Positions 18,374 through 28,723 are shown, numbered from the stretch's first letter. The stretch is 32,000 nucleotides of DNA from Saccharolobus solfataricus (GCF_900079115.1 NZ_LT549890.1:1260001-1292000); one strand, 5' to 3'. The notes: generated by a model from the letters alone, not told the origin. Translations and numbers: made by a program.

Positions 18374-19093
18374 GGCTACCAATGTAATGATCCAAATAGT
18401 TCATTTCCGCCTTTCCATTATAGCCATTTATCCTTGATGGCTGGTCCCATACCATACCGTTTTTAACCAAATTATCCCACTCTTTCTTACAAAAGCTTAA
18501 GTCTCCAACACCTTTCTTATAAGCTAACCAGCAGATGGCGAAGACCATTCTAGGCCATGAGGAGTAAGTTTGAACACTCAAACCAACAATCTTACCATTA
18601 TCGTCCACGAGGTTAGGAACACAATGGGGAGAAGCGTTACCATTAAGCCTTATAATACTCTCTAACGCCTTCTTTATTATGTCCTCTTCTACAATATCCT
18701 CTAGTCCTACTAGTGTAGTAAACCACTCGCCATACAATTGGGCAAGAAATGACGCATTATCAACACTATCCCAAGCCTTAAAATACCTGCCATTAAACAT
18801 TCTTCTAAACGCTTCTCTGGCAGAACTTAGCTTTTCACTGATAAAATCAACATAATTACTATCACCAACCAACTTTGCAATCTCCCTCATAGCAATTAAA
18901 GACCCAATGAAAAGGGAGGAAGTATAACTATCATGACCCTTAATGATGGTAGCGTCAAAAGCATTGTCCATCTCTCCCTCCATGAATGGTAAATTCCCCT
19001 TACACTGCCTTAATTCCCAATCCATGACCTTAACTAGAATTGGGTAAACCTCTTTCAAGAATTCAATATCGTTAGTGAACTTAAAGTACCTAT
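18348..19093 (-). pseudogene. C-terminal part of a GH116 beta-glucosidase/xylosidase (GBA2-like) split by ISC1439
   Basis: Minus-strand reading is ...YRYFKFTNDIEFLKEVYPILVKVMDWELRQCKGNLPFMEGEMDNAFDAT.... It joins in frame with 20533..21787 once the IS and one TSD copy are removed. Confidence 0.8.
19085..19093. repeat. 9-bp target-site duplication AGTACCTAT, left copy (right copy at 20533..20541)
   Basis: Identical 9-mers directly abut both ISC1439 termini. Confidence 0.9.
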
Positions 19094-20532
19094 CAGTGGT
19101 GTTTCACCAATTTTACTCAAAATGATACAATTTCTATGGAAGAGAAAAATATCAGAGCGGAGTTAGAAAAATCGGCTTATTTCAACACAAGAAGCAAAAA
19201 ATTTTCATATTTGTTGAAGAAACTAACAGAAAACGAGTTTATATATAAAGAGTAATACCATTTGTCTAGTATTATCAATAGAGGAAAGTAGGTGGAAGGA
19301 CGAGATGAACAAGAAAAGGTTAAAGCGAGGGACTCCATAACTCCGTTATGCAAACCATACAAGTATCCAAAACGGAGCTGAAGTCCCTCGCTATAACTTT
19401 AGCAACAAACAATATTAACGTTATCTCTCAAGATCTAGACCCGGAAATAGTGAAAGCAGCACCATCCTTGCTAACCGGAAACAGAGGAAAATACTACTTG
19501 AAGGTAGTAAGACGAGGCGAGAAAGTAATTAGTAAAGGTCAGAGAACCTTCAAGTTCTACCCAATCTACAGAGAAGTAAAGGGAGAGATCAACGTAGTCG
19601 CTGTAGATGAGACCGGATTAACCGTGGGAGAAAAGGAACAAGAAAAAGCAGAGGGCTTTCTACTCTACAACTGGAAGAGAAAAGGAGTAAAGATGAGATC
19701 CTTGGACCTCGTATATCCCTTAAGGTTACCCCTCCTAGTGGAGGTAGCAGATTTGAGAAGCGACAGTCCATCACAGTTCCTACTCAGGAGCGTGAGGGAA
19801 GTAAGCCAATACATGGAAATAGATTACGTTGTAGCTGACGCCGGATTCTTGAACCTAGGGGTCATCAAGGAAATGCCCGTGAAGACCATTGTGAGAGGAA
19901 AGTCGAACTTGAAGGGATTCAAGGAACTATCTAACGTTCCATTAGTTGAGAAGAGATACGAGGTTAAGGACAGGGTTTACGTTGCGTATAGGGTCTTGAA
20001 ATTTGAAGGGCTTTATTATTACGATGTGGTTTACGTTAAGGGAAAGCCGAGGCACTTTATGTTCGTGACGAACTTCGAGGGAGATCCCTATGAACTGGCT
20101 GAACTCTATAGGTTGAGGTGGCAGGTTGAGGAGGGTTTCAAGGTTAGGAAGGCAAGGATAAGGTATGTTAGGAAGTTGAGTAATAAGATCTTCTTGTTCC
20201 TCTATTACACGGTTCTGGATTCTGCGTGGAATCTAGTGAATCATCTTCTCTTTAACTTCAAGTCCACGTGTAAGAAGGGTTTGTCCTTCGATTCATTCGT
20301 CAAGCTTCTCTAACTTTCTCGGTGTTCAGAGGAGACTATGCACGTCGTTTTCACCACGTGAGAAAAATTCAGAATTCTCCTCTTATTATTAGAATTGTAC
20401 GCTATATTTTTTGCAAATTATTTTAACATGTTATGTTTCATAATAATTTTATTGTTTTTCTCTATATCAATCTCTTTTTGAAAGTGCTAATATTATATCT
20501 TTCAAATGAAATAATTTGGTGAAACACCACTG
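19094..20532 (+). mobile_element. ISC1439 insertion sequence (exactly 1439 bp, perfect 17-bp TIRs, 9-bp TSD)
   Basis: TIRs are cagtggtgtttcaccaa (19094..19110) and ttggtgaaacaccactg (20516..20532). It is flanked by the direct repeat agtacctat and carries a single transposase ORF. Confidence 0.9.
19348..20313 (+). CDS. ISC1439 DDE transposase (321 aa)
   Basis: DDE-type motifs are IDYVVADAGFLNLG and the C-terminal YRLRWQVEEGFKVRK (Y-R-E-K signature). Confidence 0.85.
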   Translation: MQTIQVSKTELKSLAITLATNNINVISQDLDPEIVKAAPSLLTGNRGKYYLKVVRRGEKVISKGQRTFKFYPIYREVKGEINVVAVDETGLTVGEKEQEKAEGFLLYNWKRKGVKMRSLDLVYPLRLPLLVEVADLRSDSPSQFLLRSVREVSQYMEIDYVVADAGFLNLGVIKEMPVKTIVRGKSNLKGFKELSNVPLVEKRYEVKDRVYVAYRVLKFEGLYYYDVVYVKGKPRHFMFVTNFEGDPYELAELYRLRWQVEEGFKVRKARIRYVRKLSNKIFLFLYYTVLDSAWNLVNHLLFNFKSTCKKGLSFDSFVKLL

Positions 20533-21787
20533 AGTACCTATACACTAGGAGTATTAAGCTCGGATTCATATCCTTCCATCTGGGAGGAGAAGTAGTACCA
20601 TCAATGGGAGAATCTAAGGAATGATAGCCTAAATCATGAGGAACATAACCATCTTCTCTTATATGTCTAATCAACAACTTCAAAAACGATTTTTCTAACT
20701 CTGGAAACATAAGAATCACTGGAAGTGAGCCAAACTCATAACAAGCGCCTATAGTACCTAAATATGGACAGTTCTGTGGTGCTTCGTAAATCGCAAACCT
20801 ACCCTTCTCATCTAACCAAGTATTGGAGGAGAGGATATATGCGCTGTTTATTATGGCGTCTCCTAACCAGTCCTTTACGTTTACGATATTATGGAAAATT
20901 TTGTTTCTTAACTCATTAAAGTTGTCTAAAAAATACTTTGCTACTTCCAACGAATCTTTAAAGAAGTTCTCGTAATAATGCCCGTAGGGGTAAAACACGT
21001 GCTTACCAGTAAAGTACCAAGCGAATACGTATCTTATTTCATCCCCTTCTGAGTAGTTGGATATTAGAATACTTGCCGGATCATCCCTATGACCGGTTAC
21101 CTCATGAGGATCATCAGTTACTTCCTCCTCCCTATCCAGTTTCACCCAAGGTTCCTCATTTTCATATTGTGATAACCAGAAGTTTATTGTCTCGCTTGGT
21201 TTCCTCTTCAAGTTGTACTGCGTTATTATCTTACTTACATTCTCTGATATTAACGAGGTATTTCCCTTAGCTGGGTCGTAATCATTCGCCTTTATGTTTT
21301 TATGAATTACCCCGTTCCTTATTCTCTCATTTAATCTCCCAATGCTTACACTACCTACGATGTTTGGGAAGGAAATTGCAACTATCCCCTCCCTACTACC
21401 CTTAACTCTTAGACTAATTCCTACTGCAGGTAAGGACGAATTTTTCACGTCACGAGGGATTATTGATGAAAAAGCCTCCAACACTACTTCAACGTCGTCA
21501 TTCTTTCCCTTTACTGTAACAACAGGGTATTTACCTTCATAGAGTATTTCTCCACGAAACTCACTTACCTTGTATAATCCACTATCTTTCTGGAATAGGA
21601 ATCCCCTTTTATCTTTAGGCTTAATATATATGTGGAACCCCCTTAGTAACTTAATTGGATTTCCCCAATTGTTCCTTATTGTGATGTTTGTTATTCTTAC
21701 CTTATTATCAATTTCCAGTTTCCCAGTACCAATTCCTCCTAAGGGTACTCCAGCCACGATCCTATCCTTATCAGTATATGTAACCAT
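20533..21787 (-). pseudogene. N-terminal part (~418 aa) of the GH116 beta-glycosidase split by ISC1439
   Basis: MVTYTDKDRIVAGVPLGGIGTGKLEIDNKVRITNITIRNNWGNP is typical of the GBA2/GH116 N-terminal domain. The last 23 aa of the track ORF (SVVFHQIISFERYNISTFKKRLI) are IS-encoded. Confidence 0.8.
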
Positions 21788-21841
21788 GCTATATTAGTTT
21801 GAGGTATAAATGGTTAAAAAGGTCTTAGAGTCTTATATTGT

Positions 21842-22840
21842 TTAGAGGAGAGTTTCAGAAAAGTTGGATACGGTCCACGAGAAGTATGCCGTACCGTTAG
21901 AAGTCATGGTGCCCCATTCTGTACCAAACTCCCAATCCGTTAGATAATAGTTTGTAATGTTATAGCTTGTAAAGTTACTTAACGCTTTAATAAACAAGTT
22001 GGGTTCATAGCTAACGTAACCATTTGTAACTTTCCAGCCATCTGGTCTAAAGGCTATGTACTCCCATCCTCCCCATGGAACACTTTTCATCTCCCAGACT
22101 TGAAAAGTAGCGTTAACTAAGGTGTGATTAATGTAGATTGGGACGACAACTTTCCCAACCTGTTCTCCTGCTGGTTGTAGGTTTTGGCTAAATAACCAGA
22201 CCATTATCTCAATATCTCCATTGCCTGGAGCAGTTCCGGGGCTGAATGCAATTTGAGGTCTAACTATCCACGCATCAGATGCAATATCAAAATTTATTGA
22301 TGGATCTAATTTAGTTAAGTTTATGTAAAATGAGACCATGAACGGTGTCATGTTACCTATCCTCATTGGGAATATGTTACCAGCATATGCAGTATCCCAA
22401 GGCTTTCTTCCTACATAAATCTCAGGATAACCGTTAGTCCACTCCAATGGTTTAACTTGTGTTAAGTTAAAGCTAACAGAGAGTGTACGAGTAAGCGGAT
22501 TAAATACCATAGTGTAGTTGCCATTATAGTTTTTAGCATTCCACATATTTACTTCAAGGTAGAACGACGGTATAGTTGAATTGTTCAAATAGACTGGGGT
22601 AGGAGAACTAGCAGAGGAGGTGACATAGATTAATTGATTATATGAAGTAATGGAAGTTACTGTTTGTGTTACGGTAGTGGTTATTGCATTTGTTGTAGTC
22701 GAAGTACTAGTTGTAGTGGAAAATTCGGTTGTAGTTACGGGTTTAACGCTGAGAGACTGTTGATGCAAGTAAATGATTCCCCCCATAACGCCAATGGCTA
22801 TTATCACAATTACCGGAAGCACAATATATAATTTATTCAT
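21842..22840 (-). CDS. GH12 endo-1,4-beta-glucanase precursor with an N-terminal membrane anchor and a Ser/Thr-rich linker
   Basis: N-terminal TM: LYIVLPVIVIIAIGVMGGIIYL. Linker: TTTEFSTTTSTSTTTNAITTTVTQTVTS. The GH12 nucleophile motif is GDIEIMVWL and the acid/base region is WEFGTEWG. Confidence 0.8.
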   Translation of the reverse strand: MNKLYIVLPVIVIIAIGVMGGIIYLHQQSLSVKPVTTTEFSTTTSTSTTTNAITTTVTQTVTSITSYNQLIYVTSSASSPTPVYLNNSTIPSFYLEVNMWNAKNYNGNYTMVFNPLTRTLSVSFNLTQVKPLEWTNGYPEIYVGRKPWDTAYAGNIFPMRIGNMTPFMVSFYINLTKLDPSINFDIASDAWIVRPQIAFSPGTAPGNGDIEIMVWLFSQNLQPAGEQVGKVVVPIYINHTLVNATFQVWEMKSVPWGGWEYIAFRPDGWKVTNGYVSYEPNLFIKALSNFTSYNITNYYLTDWEFGTEWGTMTSNGTAYFSWTVSNFSETLL

Positions 22841-22932
22841 TATCCTACTTTATAATCCTTTAGGTACTAAAGATTTTCCGGCTAACTTTTATTAATGGAT
22901 TAGCTTTTTATTCTTAGCTCGCTAAATCTCTT

Positions 22933-24114
22933 ATGGATTTAGTTGAGAAGTTAAAAAATGACGTAAGAGAAATAGAGGACTGGATAATTCAAATTAGAAG
23001 GAAAATCCATGAGTATCCGGAACTTTCCTACAAGGAGTATAACACCTCTAAACTAGTAGCGGAAACGTTAAGGAAATTGGGAGTAGAAGTGGAAGAAGGC
23101 GTTGGATTACCCACAGCAGTGGTTGGTAAGATTAGGGGAAGTAAACCAGGAAAGACTGTTGCTTTGAGAGCTGATATGGATGCCCTTCCGGTAGAGGAGA
23201 ACACTGATCTAGAATTTAAATCCAAAGTTAAGGGAGTAATGCACGCATGTGGTCATGATACTCACGTAGCAATGCTCTTAGGTGGAGCTTATCTGTTAGT
23301 TAAGAATAAAGATTTAATCAGTGGTGAAATTAGGTTAATATTCCAACCGGCAGAGGAGGATGGAGGATTAGGAGGAGCAAAACCAATGATTGAGGCTGGA
23401 GTTATGAACGGTGTAGATTATGTATTTGGAATACATATATCGAGTAGTTATCCTTCTGGAGTTTTCGCAACTAGAAAAGGCCCTATAATGGCTACGCCGG
23501 ACGCATTCAAGATAATCGTTCACGGGAAGGGCGGTCATGGTTCTGCTCCTCATGAGACTATTGACCCAATTTTTATATCCTTACAAATAGCTAACGCAAT
23601 CTACGGCATAACAGCAAGGCAAATTGATCCAGTTCAACCCTTTATCATATCCATTACTACAATACATTCAGGTACAAAGGATAACATAATACCAGATGAT
23701 GCCGAAATGCAGGGAACAATTAGAAGTTTAGACGAGAACGTTAGAAGTAAGGCTAAGGACTATATGAGAAGAATAGTTTCGTCAATATGTGGAATCTATG
23801 GTGCAACTTGTGAGGTTAAATTCATGGAAGACGTCTATCCAACTACCGTAAATAACCCTGAGGTAACTGATGAGGTAATGAAAATTCTATCTTCAATATC
23901 AACAGTTGTTGAGACAGAGCCAGTGCTAGGAGCGGAGGACTTCTCCAGATTCTTACAGAAGGCTCCAGGAACGTATTTCTTTCTGGGAACCAGAAACGAA
24001 AAGAAAGGATGCATATATCCCAATCACAGCTCTAAGTTCTGTGTAGATGAGGACGTGCTAAAATTAGGTGCCTTAGCTCACGCATTATTGGCAGTAAAGT
24101 TCAGTAATAAATAA
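22933..24114 (+). CDS. cpsA: M20D-family amidohydrolase / thermostable carboxypeptidase (CpsA-type), 393 aa
   Basis: Motifs are HEYPELSYKEYNTSK, ALRADMDALP, HACGHDTH and GAEDFS. The size and neighbourhood match the S. solfataricus carboxypeptidase. Confidence 0.75.
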   Translation: MDLVEKLKNDVREIEDWIIQIRRKIHEYPELSYKEYNTSKLVAETLRKLGVEVEEGVGLPTAVVGKIRGSKPGKTVALRADMDALPVEENTDLEFKSKVKGVMHACGHDTHVAMLLGGAYLLVKNKDLISGEIRLIFQPAEEDGGLGGAKPMIEAGVMNGVDYVFGIHISSSYPSGVFATRKGPIMATPDAFKIIVHGKGGHGSAPHETIDPIFISLQIANAIYGITARQIDPVQPFIISITTIHSGTKDNIIPDDAEMQGTIRSLDENVRSKAKDYMRRIVSSICGIYGATCEVKFMEDVYPTTVNNPEVTDEVMKILSSISTVVETEPVLGAEDFSRFLQKAPGTYFFLGTRNEKKGCIYPNHSSKFCVDEDVLKLGALAHALLAVKFSNK

Positions 24115-24142
24115 AGGGCTTAATGCTAAATGAGTATTGGAA

Positions 24143-24616
24143 ATGGAGAAGGAAAAGGTTCTCAATATTTTGAGGAATTCCTCAAATTTACCTTTAAGTT
24201 TAATTAAAGAATTCCTCTCAGACAAGGATAAGGATATTAAACATGAAGCTTGGAATTACGTTATTTTGAACGTTAAGGATAAGGAGTTCCTATTAGAACT
24301 CTTATCATTTCACGATACCGGTACAAGATATAGAGCTTGGAATAGTGTTCCAGAATTCATTATAAGTGGAAGATTAACATTAGAGGAGGTAATTAGTAGA
24401 AAAAGGTACTTCCTTGAAATGCTTAAAGACGATAATAAAGTCGTAAGGGCACTATCTTGGTATGTTACGTTAAAACCCTTATTGGAAATGAAAATAGTAA
24501 AAATGGAAGAGATTCTTAGTTATTCGCCCTTTCTGTGCGAGTTAATTAACTCAGAGTTTCACGATGTCGTACTAGATACTATGGATGAATTTAGGATTAC
24601 ATGCAAGTTTATATAG
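24143..24616 (+). CDS. Hypothetical protein, possibly with HEAT-like helical repeats
   Basis: The ORF has an ATG at 24143 (the track starts at a TTG at 24137). Repeated helical units end in ...EAWNYV, ...RAWNSV and ...RALSWYV. I recognised no family. Confidence 0.4.
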   Translation: MEKEKVLNILRNSSNLPLSLIKEFLSDKDKDIKHEAWNYVILNVKDKEFLLELLSFHDTGTRYRAWNSVPEFIISGRLTLEEVISRKRYFLEMLKDDNKVVRALSWYVTLKPLLEMKIVKMEEILSYSPFLCELINSEFHDVVLDTMDEFRITCKFI

Positions 24617-24751
24617 AAATAGAAGATACAGCTATTTATATAGATATGTATAGATTGTTCTTCTCTATTTTATTTACGAGATATGTTATATAAGTATTAT
24701 AGATCTTCGCCCAAAATCCTTTTATTATTAACTTGTAAGGAGTCACTAAAG

Positions 24752-25480
24752 ATGATTTCAGTTATCATACCGGCATTTAATGAGGAAAGAAGAATAGGTA
24801 AGACGTTAGAGAAAATATCATCAACACTACCTAATGCTGAAGTAGTTGTAGTGTTTGACGGACATGATAATACACCAGAGGTTGTAAAGAAATTTCCAGT
24901 GAAGCTCATAATAAGCAAGGAGAGACTTGGTAAAGGAATGGCACTAAAGAGGGGAATTACTGAAAGCAATTTCCAGAGAGTTTTACTATTGGACGCCGAC
25001 TTCCCCATAACTGAGGAGGAATTGAACAAAATCCTGAGTACTGACGCAGATCTGGTCATACCTAGGAGGAAAATTATAGGCATGCCATTAAAGAGGAGAT
25101 TTCTGCATAAGGCGTTTATAGTGTTAACAAAGATCCTCTTTCCTTCTCTACTGAAGTTTTCTGATTTCCAAGCAGGTGTTAAGCTAGTAAACCGGGAAAA
25201 GGTTGTAAGCGTATTGGATGAACTAATAATTAATGATTTTCTATTCGACGTTAACCTAATTTACGCATTTAAGCGTAGACATTATAAAATAAAGGAAGTT
25301 GAAATAAATTATATTCATGACGAGAGTGATAGTAAGATATCTAGGAAGTTAATGAAAATCGTTATTCTAATGTTTCTCTCCTTAATAAAATTAAGAATAT
25401 ATTATTCTCCCTTCAAGAAAATATTATACACTGAACCTTACCTAAAGGTACAAGGATACATTCTAAGTAAGCTAAGATAA
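24752..25480 (+). CDS. GT2-family glycosyltransferase (dolichyl-phosphate sugar transferase-like)
   Basis: MISVIIPAFNEERRIGKTLEKI and the LLLDADFP (DxD) motif. The ATG at 24752 is preferred over the track start at 24683. Confidence 0.8.
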   Translation: MISVIIPAFNEERRIGKTLEKISSTLPNAEVVVVFDGHDNTPEVVKKFPVKLIISKERLGKGMALKRGITESNFQRVLLLDADFPITEEELNKILSTDADLVIPRRKIIGMPLKRRFLHKAFIVLTKILFPSLLKFSDFQAGVKLVNREKVVSVLDELIINDFLFDVNLIYAFKRRHYKIKEVEINYIHDESDSKISRKLMKIVILMFLSLIKLRIYYSPFKKILYTEPYLKVQGYILSKLR

Positions 25481-26002
25481 TCTACCAGTTATAATTCTTG
25501 AAATTAGATTAAAGGTACCTGCAAATAGAGCTATCCAGTAATAAATTGTGGGATAGCTTTCTACCAGAACTGTTACAATAACGTTTTTGTACACTATACT
25601 CATATTCTCACTCCCTATTATAAACAATGGGTATTTAACTGGGGTAAAGTAGTTAACTACGTTATTAAATAGCAAGTAAAATATCAAGGGGTCTAATATG
25701 TAAAGATAGCTCACCCAAGTTATCAGTAGGTAGTGTTTAATTATTTCCTTTTTCAAGGCTAGATAAATATAGTAGAGTGAAACACTTATTACATAAAATC
25801 TAAAGGCAAATAAAATATAGTTTATTATTGTGCCAATTTCTAATGTTCTTCCTAAGAATTCTAGATAAAATGAAAAGAGACTATCTTTAATTGTCACCAT
25901 TCCACCAGCAGAATAATACCACCAATAGCTAGGGAGGAGTGCTACTAATATATTTAACAACATACTTGTAATTAGCATTAACGTGATTTTCCTACCTCTC
26001 AT
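25472..26002 (-). CDS. Hypothetical polytopic membrane protein
   Basis: A 176-aa ORF that is strongly hydrophobic throughout. Its start overlaps the stop of the upstream ORF by 4 nt (25999..26002). Confidence 0.5.
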   Translation of the reverse strand: MRGRKITLMLITSMLLNILVALLPSYWWYYSAGGMVTIKDSLFSFYLEFLGRTLEIGTIINYILFAFRFYVISVSLYYIYLALKKEIIKHYLLITWVSYLYILDPLIFYLLFNNVVNYFTPVKYPLFIIGSENMSIVYKNVIVTVLVESYPTIYYWIALFAGTFNLISRIITGRLS

Positions 26003-26409
26003 ATTATCTCACTTTGGGAGAAAGTCGTATTGAAAATCTTTATCACCATAGTTAAGTTGTAGGAATTATCTTTAACTGCCATCTCAAACATTTTAAAATT
26101 AGTAACTACTACACTAACGTTCTTTACCTCATTTGGATTGATTGTTACGGGTTTTGATAAGTAAGTGTACTCCCCGGTAATATTTAGTAAGGTTATCGGT
26201 AAGTCAAGTGTGTTATTAAAGGTTAAGATTAACTCATTATGGGAGATGATTAACCCTATTTTTGGTTCTGATGTGAATAACGGAATAATAATGGAATTAA
26301 CCTGGTTAAAAGAAGTTTGGACTAAATTGATTGGGTTATTAAGGATAGCGAACTGGACGATTAGTAATGAAATGAATACTACTAAGCCTATGATTTTACC
26401 TAAATTCAC
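25999..26409 (-). CDS. Hypothetical membrane-anchored/secreted protein
   Basis: A 136-aa ORF with the N-terminal hydrophobic segment IIGLVVFISLLIVQFAIL followed by a beta-rich, Asn/Thr-rich region. It is translationally coupled to 25472..26002. Confidence 0.45.
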   Translation of the reverse strand: MNLGKIIGLVVFISLLIVQFAILNNPINLVQTSFNQVNSIIIPLFTSEPKIGLIISHNELILTFNNTLDLPITLLNITGEYTYLSKPVTINPNEVKNVSVVVTNFKMFEMAVKDNSYNLTMVIKIFNTTFSQSEII

Positions 26410-26432
26410 GTTTTAATATAATATATTGACTA

Positions 26433-27557
26433 CTATAAATCTTTCAACGATAAAAGTGAAACGATAGATATTACACACCCGGCGTCCAAAGCTAGCATTG
26501 ATATGGAAAAACTATGAGTTAAATACAGTACCAATCCCACAAAGGATGGAGCGATCATGGTCCCAATTTGGGATACAGCGTTAGCGAAACCTATTGAGGT
26601 CCCGGCACTAGATTCACCAGCTATTTTCATTATTAACGAATCAGTTGGAGGTCTATAGGAGAAAGAGAAAATACCTAATAGGAAGGCCTCTGGAAGTATA
26701 TCAATGTCATTTGAGAAAATTATTAAAAACGTTAATATGATAAAGCCTATCAAATTTATCAAGATGACGTTACTGTCACCAAATCTTTCAACAAGTTTCT
26801 CTACACTTAGAATACCAACTAGTTGACCAACTCCAAAAAGAAGAAGAAATAAGGCTGACAATGTGGGAGAAATACCTCTGTAAAGTACTAACATCGGGAA
26901 AATCCAAGTTGTTGTTCCCCATGTGGACCACAGCTCTCCTAATCTGACCAGTGTTGCCATGGTAATCTTCCTATTAAGTATCACCCTAAACGATCTCTTG
27001 ATTTCAGTTCCACTAACGCTTATCCTACTGAAATGACTCAAAATAGCAATTAGTCCGAAACTTACTGCCATGGCTAAGTAAATAAATCTCCATAAATGTA
27101 GTAGGAAACTCGCTATAATACCTAAAGTAATGATAGTAATTGGTCCAGCACTTTCAACCAGTGCCACGTAAAATGTGAACTTTGAACTGTGAGAATAACT
27201 TACTGCGACTATTTTCATAGCTGATGGAAATATGGAAGCTGTTATCAGCCCCTCTATCAAATAGGCTATAAGTAAGATAGTGTAGTCTGTAAGGTAGAGG
27301 AAAAGTAATAGATTCATCCCTACTAAGATAATTGACGCATACTCCACAGCTCTACTTGGACCAATTCTATCTATAATTAAACCCCAAGGTATTGAAGACA
27401 ATACATAACCTATATAAAACGCTGTTGCCACTAGCCCAATTTGGATAGAGTTTAAGTGAAAAAGTAAGGCAATTGGCAACGATATAACTCCCCAACTTAG
27501 TCTTAAAAACAACTGAAGAAAAGTACCTATCCAACCCACTATTATATTTCTTAACAC
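26433..27557 (-). CDS. MFS transporter (374 aa; GTG start as given in the track)
   Basis: There are ~10-12 hydrophobic segments. An MFS motif A-like loop is GLIIDRIGPSRAV. Confidence 0.7.
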   Translation of the reverse strand: MLRNIIVGWIGTFLQLFLRLSWGVISLPIALLFHLNSIQIGLVATAFYIGYVLSSIPWGLIIDRIGPSRAVEYASIILVGMNLLLFLYLTDYTILLIAYLIEGLITASIFPSAMKIVAVSYSHSSKFTFYVALVESAGPITIITLGIIASFLLHLWRFIYLAMAVSFGLIAILSHFSRISVSGTEIKRSFRVILNRKITMATLVRLGELWSTWGTTTWIFPMLVLYRGISPTLSALFLLLFGVGQLVGILSVEKLVERFGDSNVILINLIGFIILTFLIIFSNDIDILPEAFLLGIFSFSYRPPTDSLIMKIAGESSAGTSIGFANAVSQIGTMIAPSFVGLVLYLTHSFSISMLALDAGCVISIVSLLSLKDL

Positions 27558-27735
27558 AAAATGCTAATTGGTTAAATCCCTCTTTTATGGTTATCGTTCA
27601 AAAATATACTTGGGCGATTCAGATGTCTTTTGCGAATTGTAATTTATAAATATGCAATTGTAAAAATAATATGTTAATATTGATAATCGTTAGTGTTTCC
27701 GAAAAGTTTATAGATTAGTATTACCAGATTGAACT

Positions 27736-28233
27736 ATGCAAGATTTGGTTCAAGCTTATAAGGAAGAGAAGAACGCGAGAATTAAGGAGAGGATTCTTGC
27801 AGTGAAGCTGCACGTAGTTGATGGTAAATCGGAGAAAGAAGTTTCGAAAATGCTTAACAAGGGCTATTCCACGATAAAATTGTGGATTGGCAAGTACAAG
27901 AAAGAAGGTCTTGATGGACTAAAGGACAAGCCCAGATCAGGAAGACCCAGAAAAGTAGAAGAGGAAAAGATAAAACAAATTCTGGAAGATAAGCCCCAAA
28001 AATACGGAATACAACAAGAATATTGGACAATGAAAACACTCAAGATAGCACTACAAGAACAAGGAATAGAATACAAGAAATCCAGACTATACGAACTAGT
28101 CCACGAACTAGGATACAACCTAGTAAAACCCAGACCTACCAACATCCAAGCAGAAAAGGACAAGTGGGAAGATTTTAAAAAAAAAAATAAAGAAATTGGA
28201 AAGAAAGGCACTGTTCTTTCTAGACGAGTGTAG
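27736..28233 (+). CDS. ISC1048 transposase, N-terminal HTH part (frame 1, up to the A11 run)
   Basis: Helix-turn-helix regions are VDGKSEKEVSKMLNKGYSTIKLWIGKYKKEG and PRSGRPRK. The frame ends shortly after the A11 tract. Confidence 0.8.
   Translation: MQDLVQAYKEEKNARIKERILAVKLHVVDGKSEKEVSKMLNKGYSTIKLWIGKYKKEGLDGLKDKPRSGRPRKVEEEKIKQILEDKPQKYGIQQEYWTMKTLKIALQEQGIEYKKSRLYELVHELGYNLVKPRPTNIQAEKDKWEDFKKKNKEIGKKGTVLSRRV
28177..28187 (+). other. A11 homopolymer at the junction of the two ISC1048 transposase frames (possible slippage/frameshift site)
   Basis: Frame 1 reads ...EDFKKKNKEIG...stop. The +1 frame is open across the run and reads ...KKKIKKLERKALFFLDECRTV..., which continues into the DDE domain. 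Confidence 0.6.
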
Positions 28234-28723
28234 GACAGTAATTAGCACGTCAATTAAGAAGGTTCTAGCTAAGGTTGGCAGTAAGCCCGTAATGCGCGTC
28301 AATATAGGTTTTTCCTCAATCTATGTTATTCTAGCTATAAACGCTTGGACCGGCGAAGTAGTGGTTTCTCTTGCTAAAAGGCCTAACTCTGAATCCGTTA
28401 AGTATTTCTTGAGGTACTTTAAGAGGCGTGTGGGTAGTGGTAGGGTTTACATGGTCATGGATAATTACTCTCCTCACAAGACTAAGGGTACGCTTGAGGT
28501 TTGTCGCAGGAAGGGTATTCATCCCGTGTTTACTCCTCCTTACTCGCCTGAGCTTAATATGGCTGAGGCGGTCTTCAAGTCCCTCAAGAACTACATGAGC
28601 AATAAAATATTCTATACGATAGAAGACGTTAAAAACTGTATTAAACAATTCTTTAAAGAAAATAAGTATAGATTTAATCTTAATGCAATAACATACCTAG
28701 GATTAGATAAAATTGAAGTCTAA
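28196..28723 (+). CDS. ISC1048 transposase, C-terminal DDE catalytic part (second frame)
   Basis: IS630-type DDE motifs are FFLDE, YMVMDNYSPHK and TPPYSPELNMAE. Confidence 0.8.
   Translation: MERKALFFLDECRTVISTSIKKVLAKVGSKPVMRVNIGFSSIYVILAINAWTGEVVVSLAKRPNSESVKYFLRYFKRRVGSGRVYMVMDNYSPHKTKGTLEVCRRKGIHPVFTPPYSPELNMAEAVFKSLKNYMSNKIFYTIEDVKNCIKQFFKENKYRFNLNAITYLGLDKIEV

Noticed and set aside
27854-28648. Minus-strand ORFs inside ISC1048 (27854..28039, 27864..28211, 28120..28302, 28331..28648) and inside ISC1439 (19177..19362, 19589..19774)
   Set aside because: They are antisense to transposase frames that carry clear HTH/DDE motifs, so they are probably non-coding.
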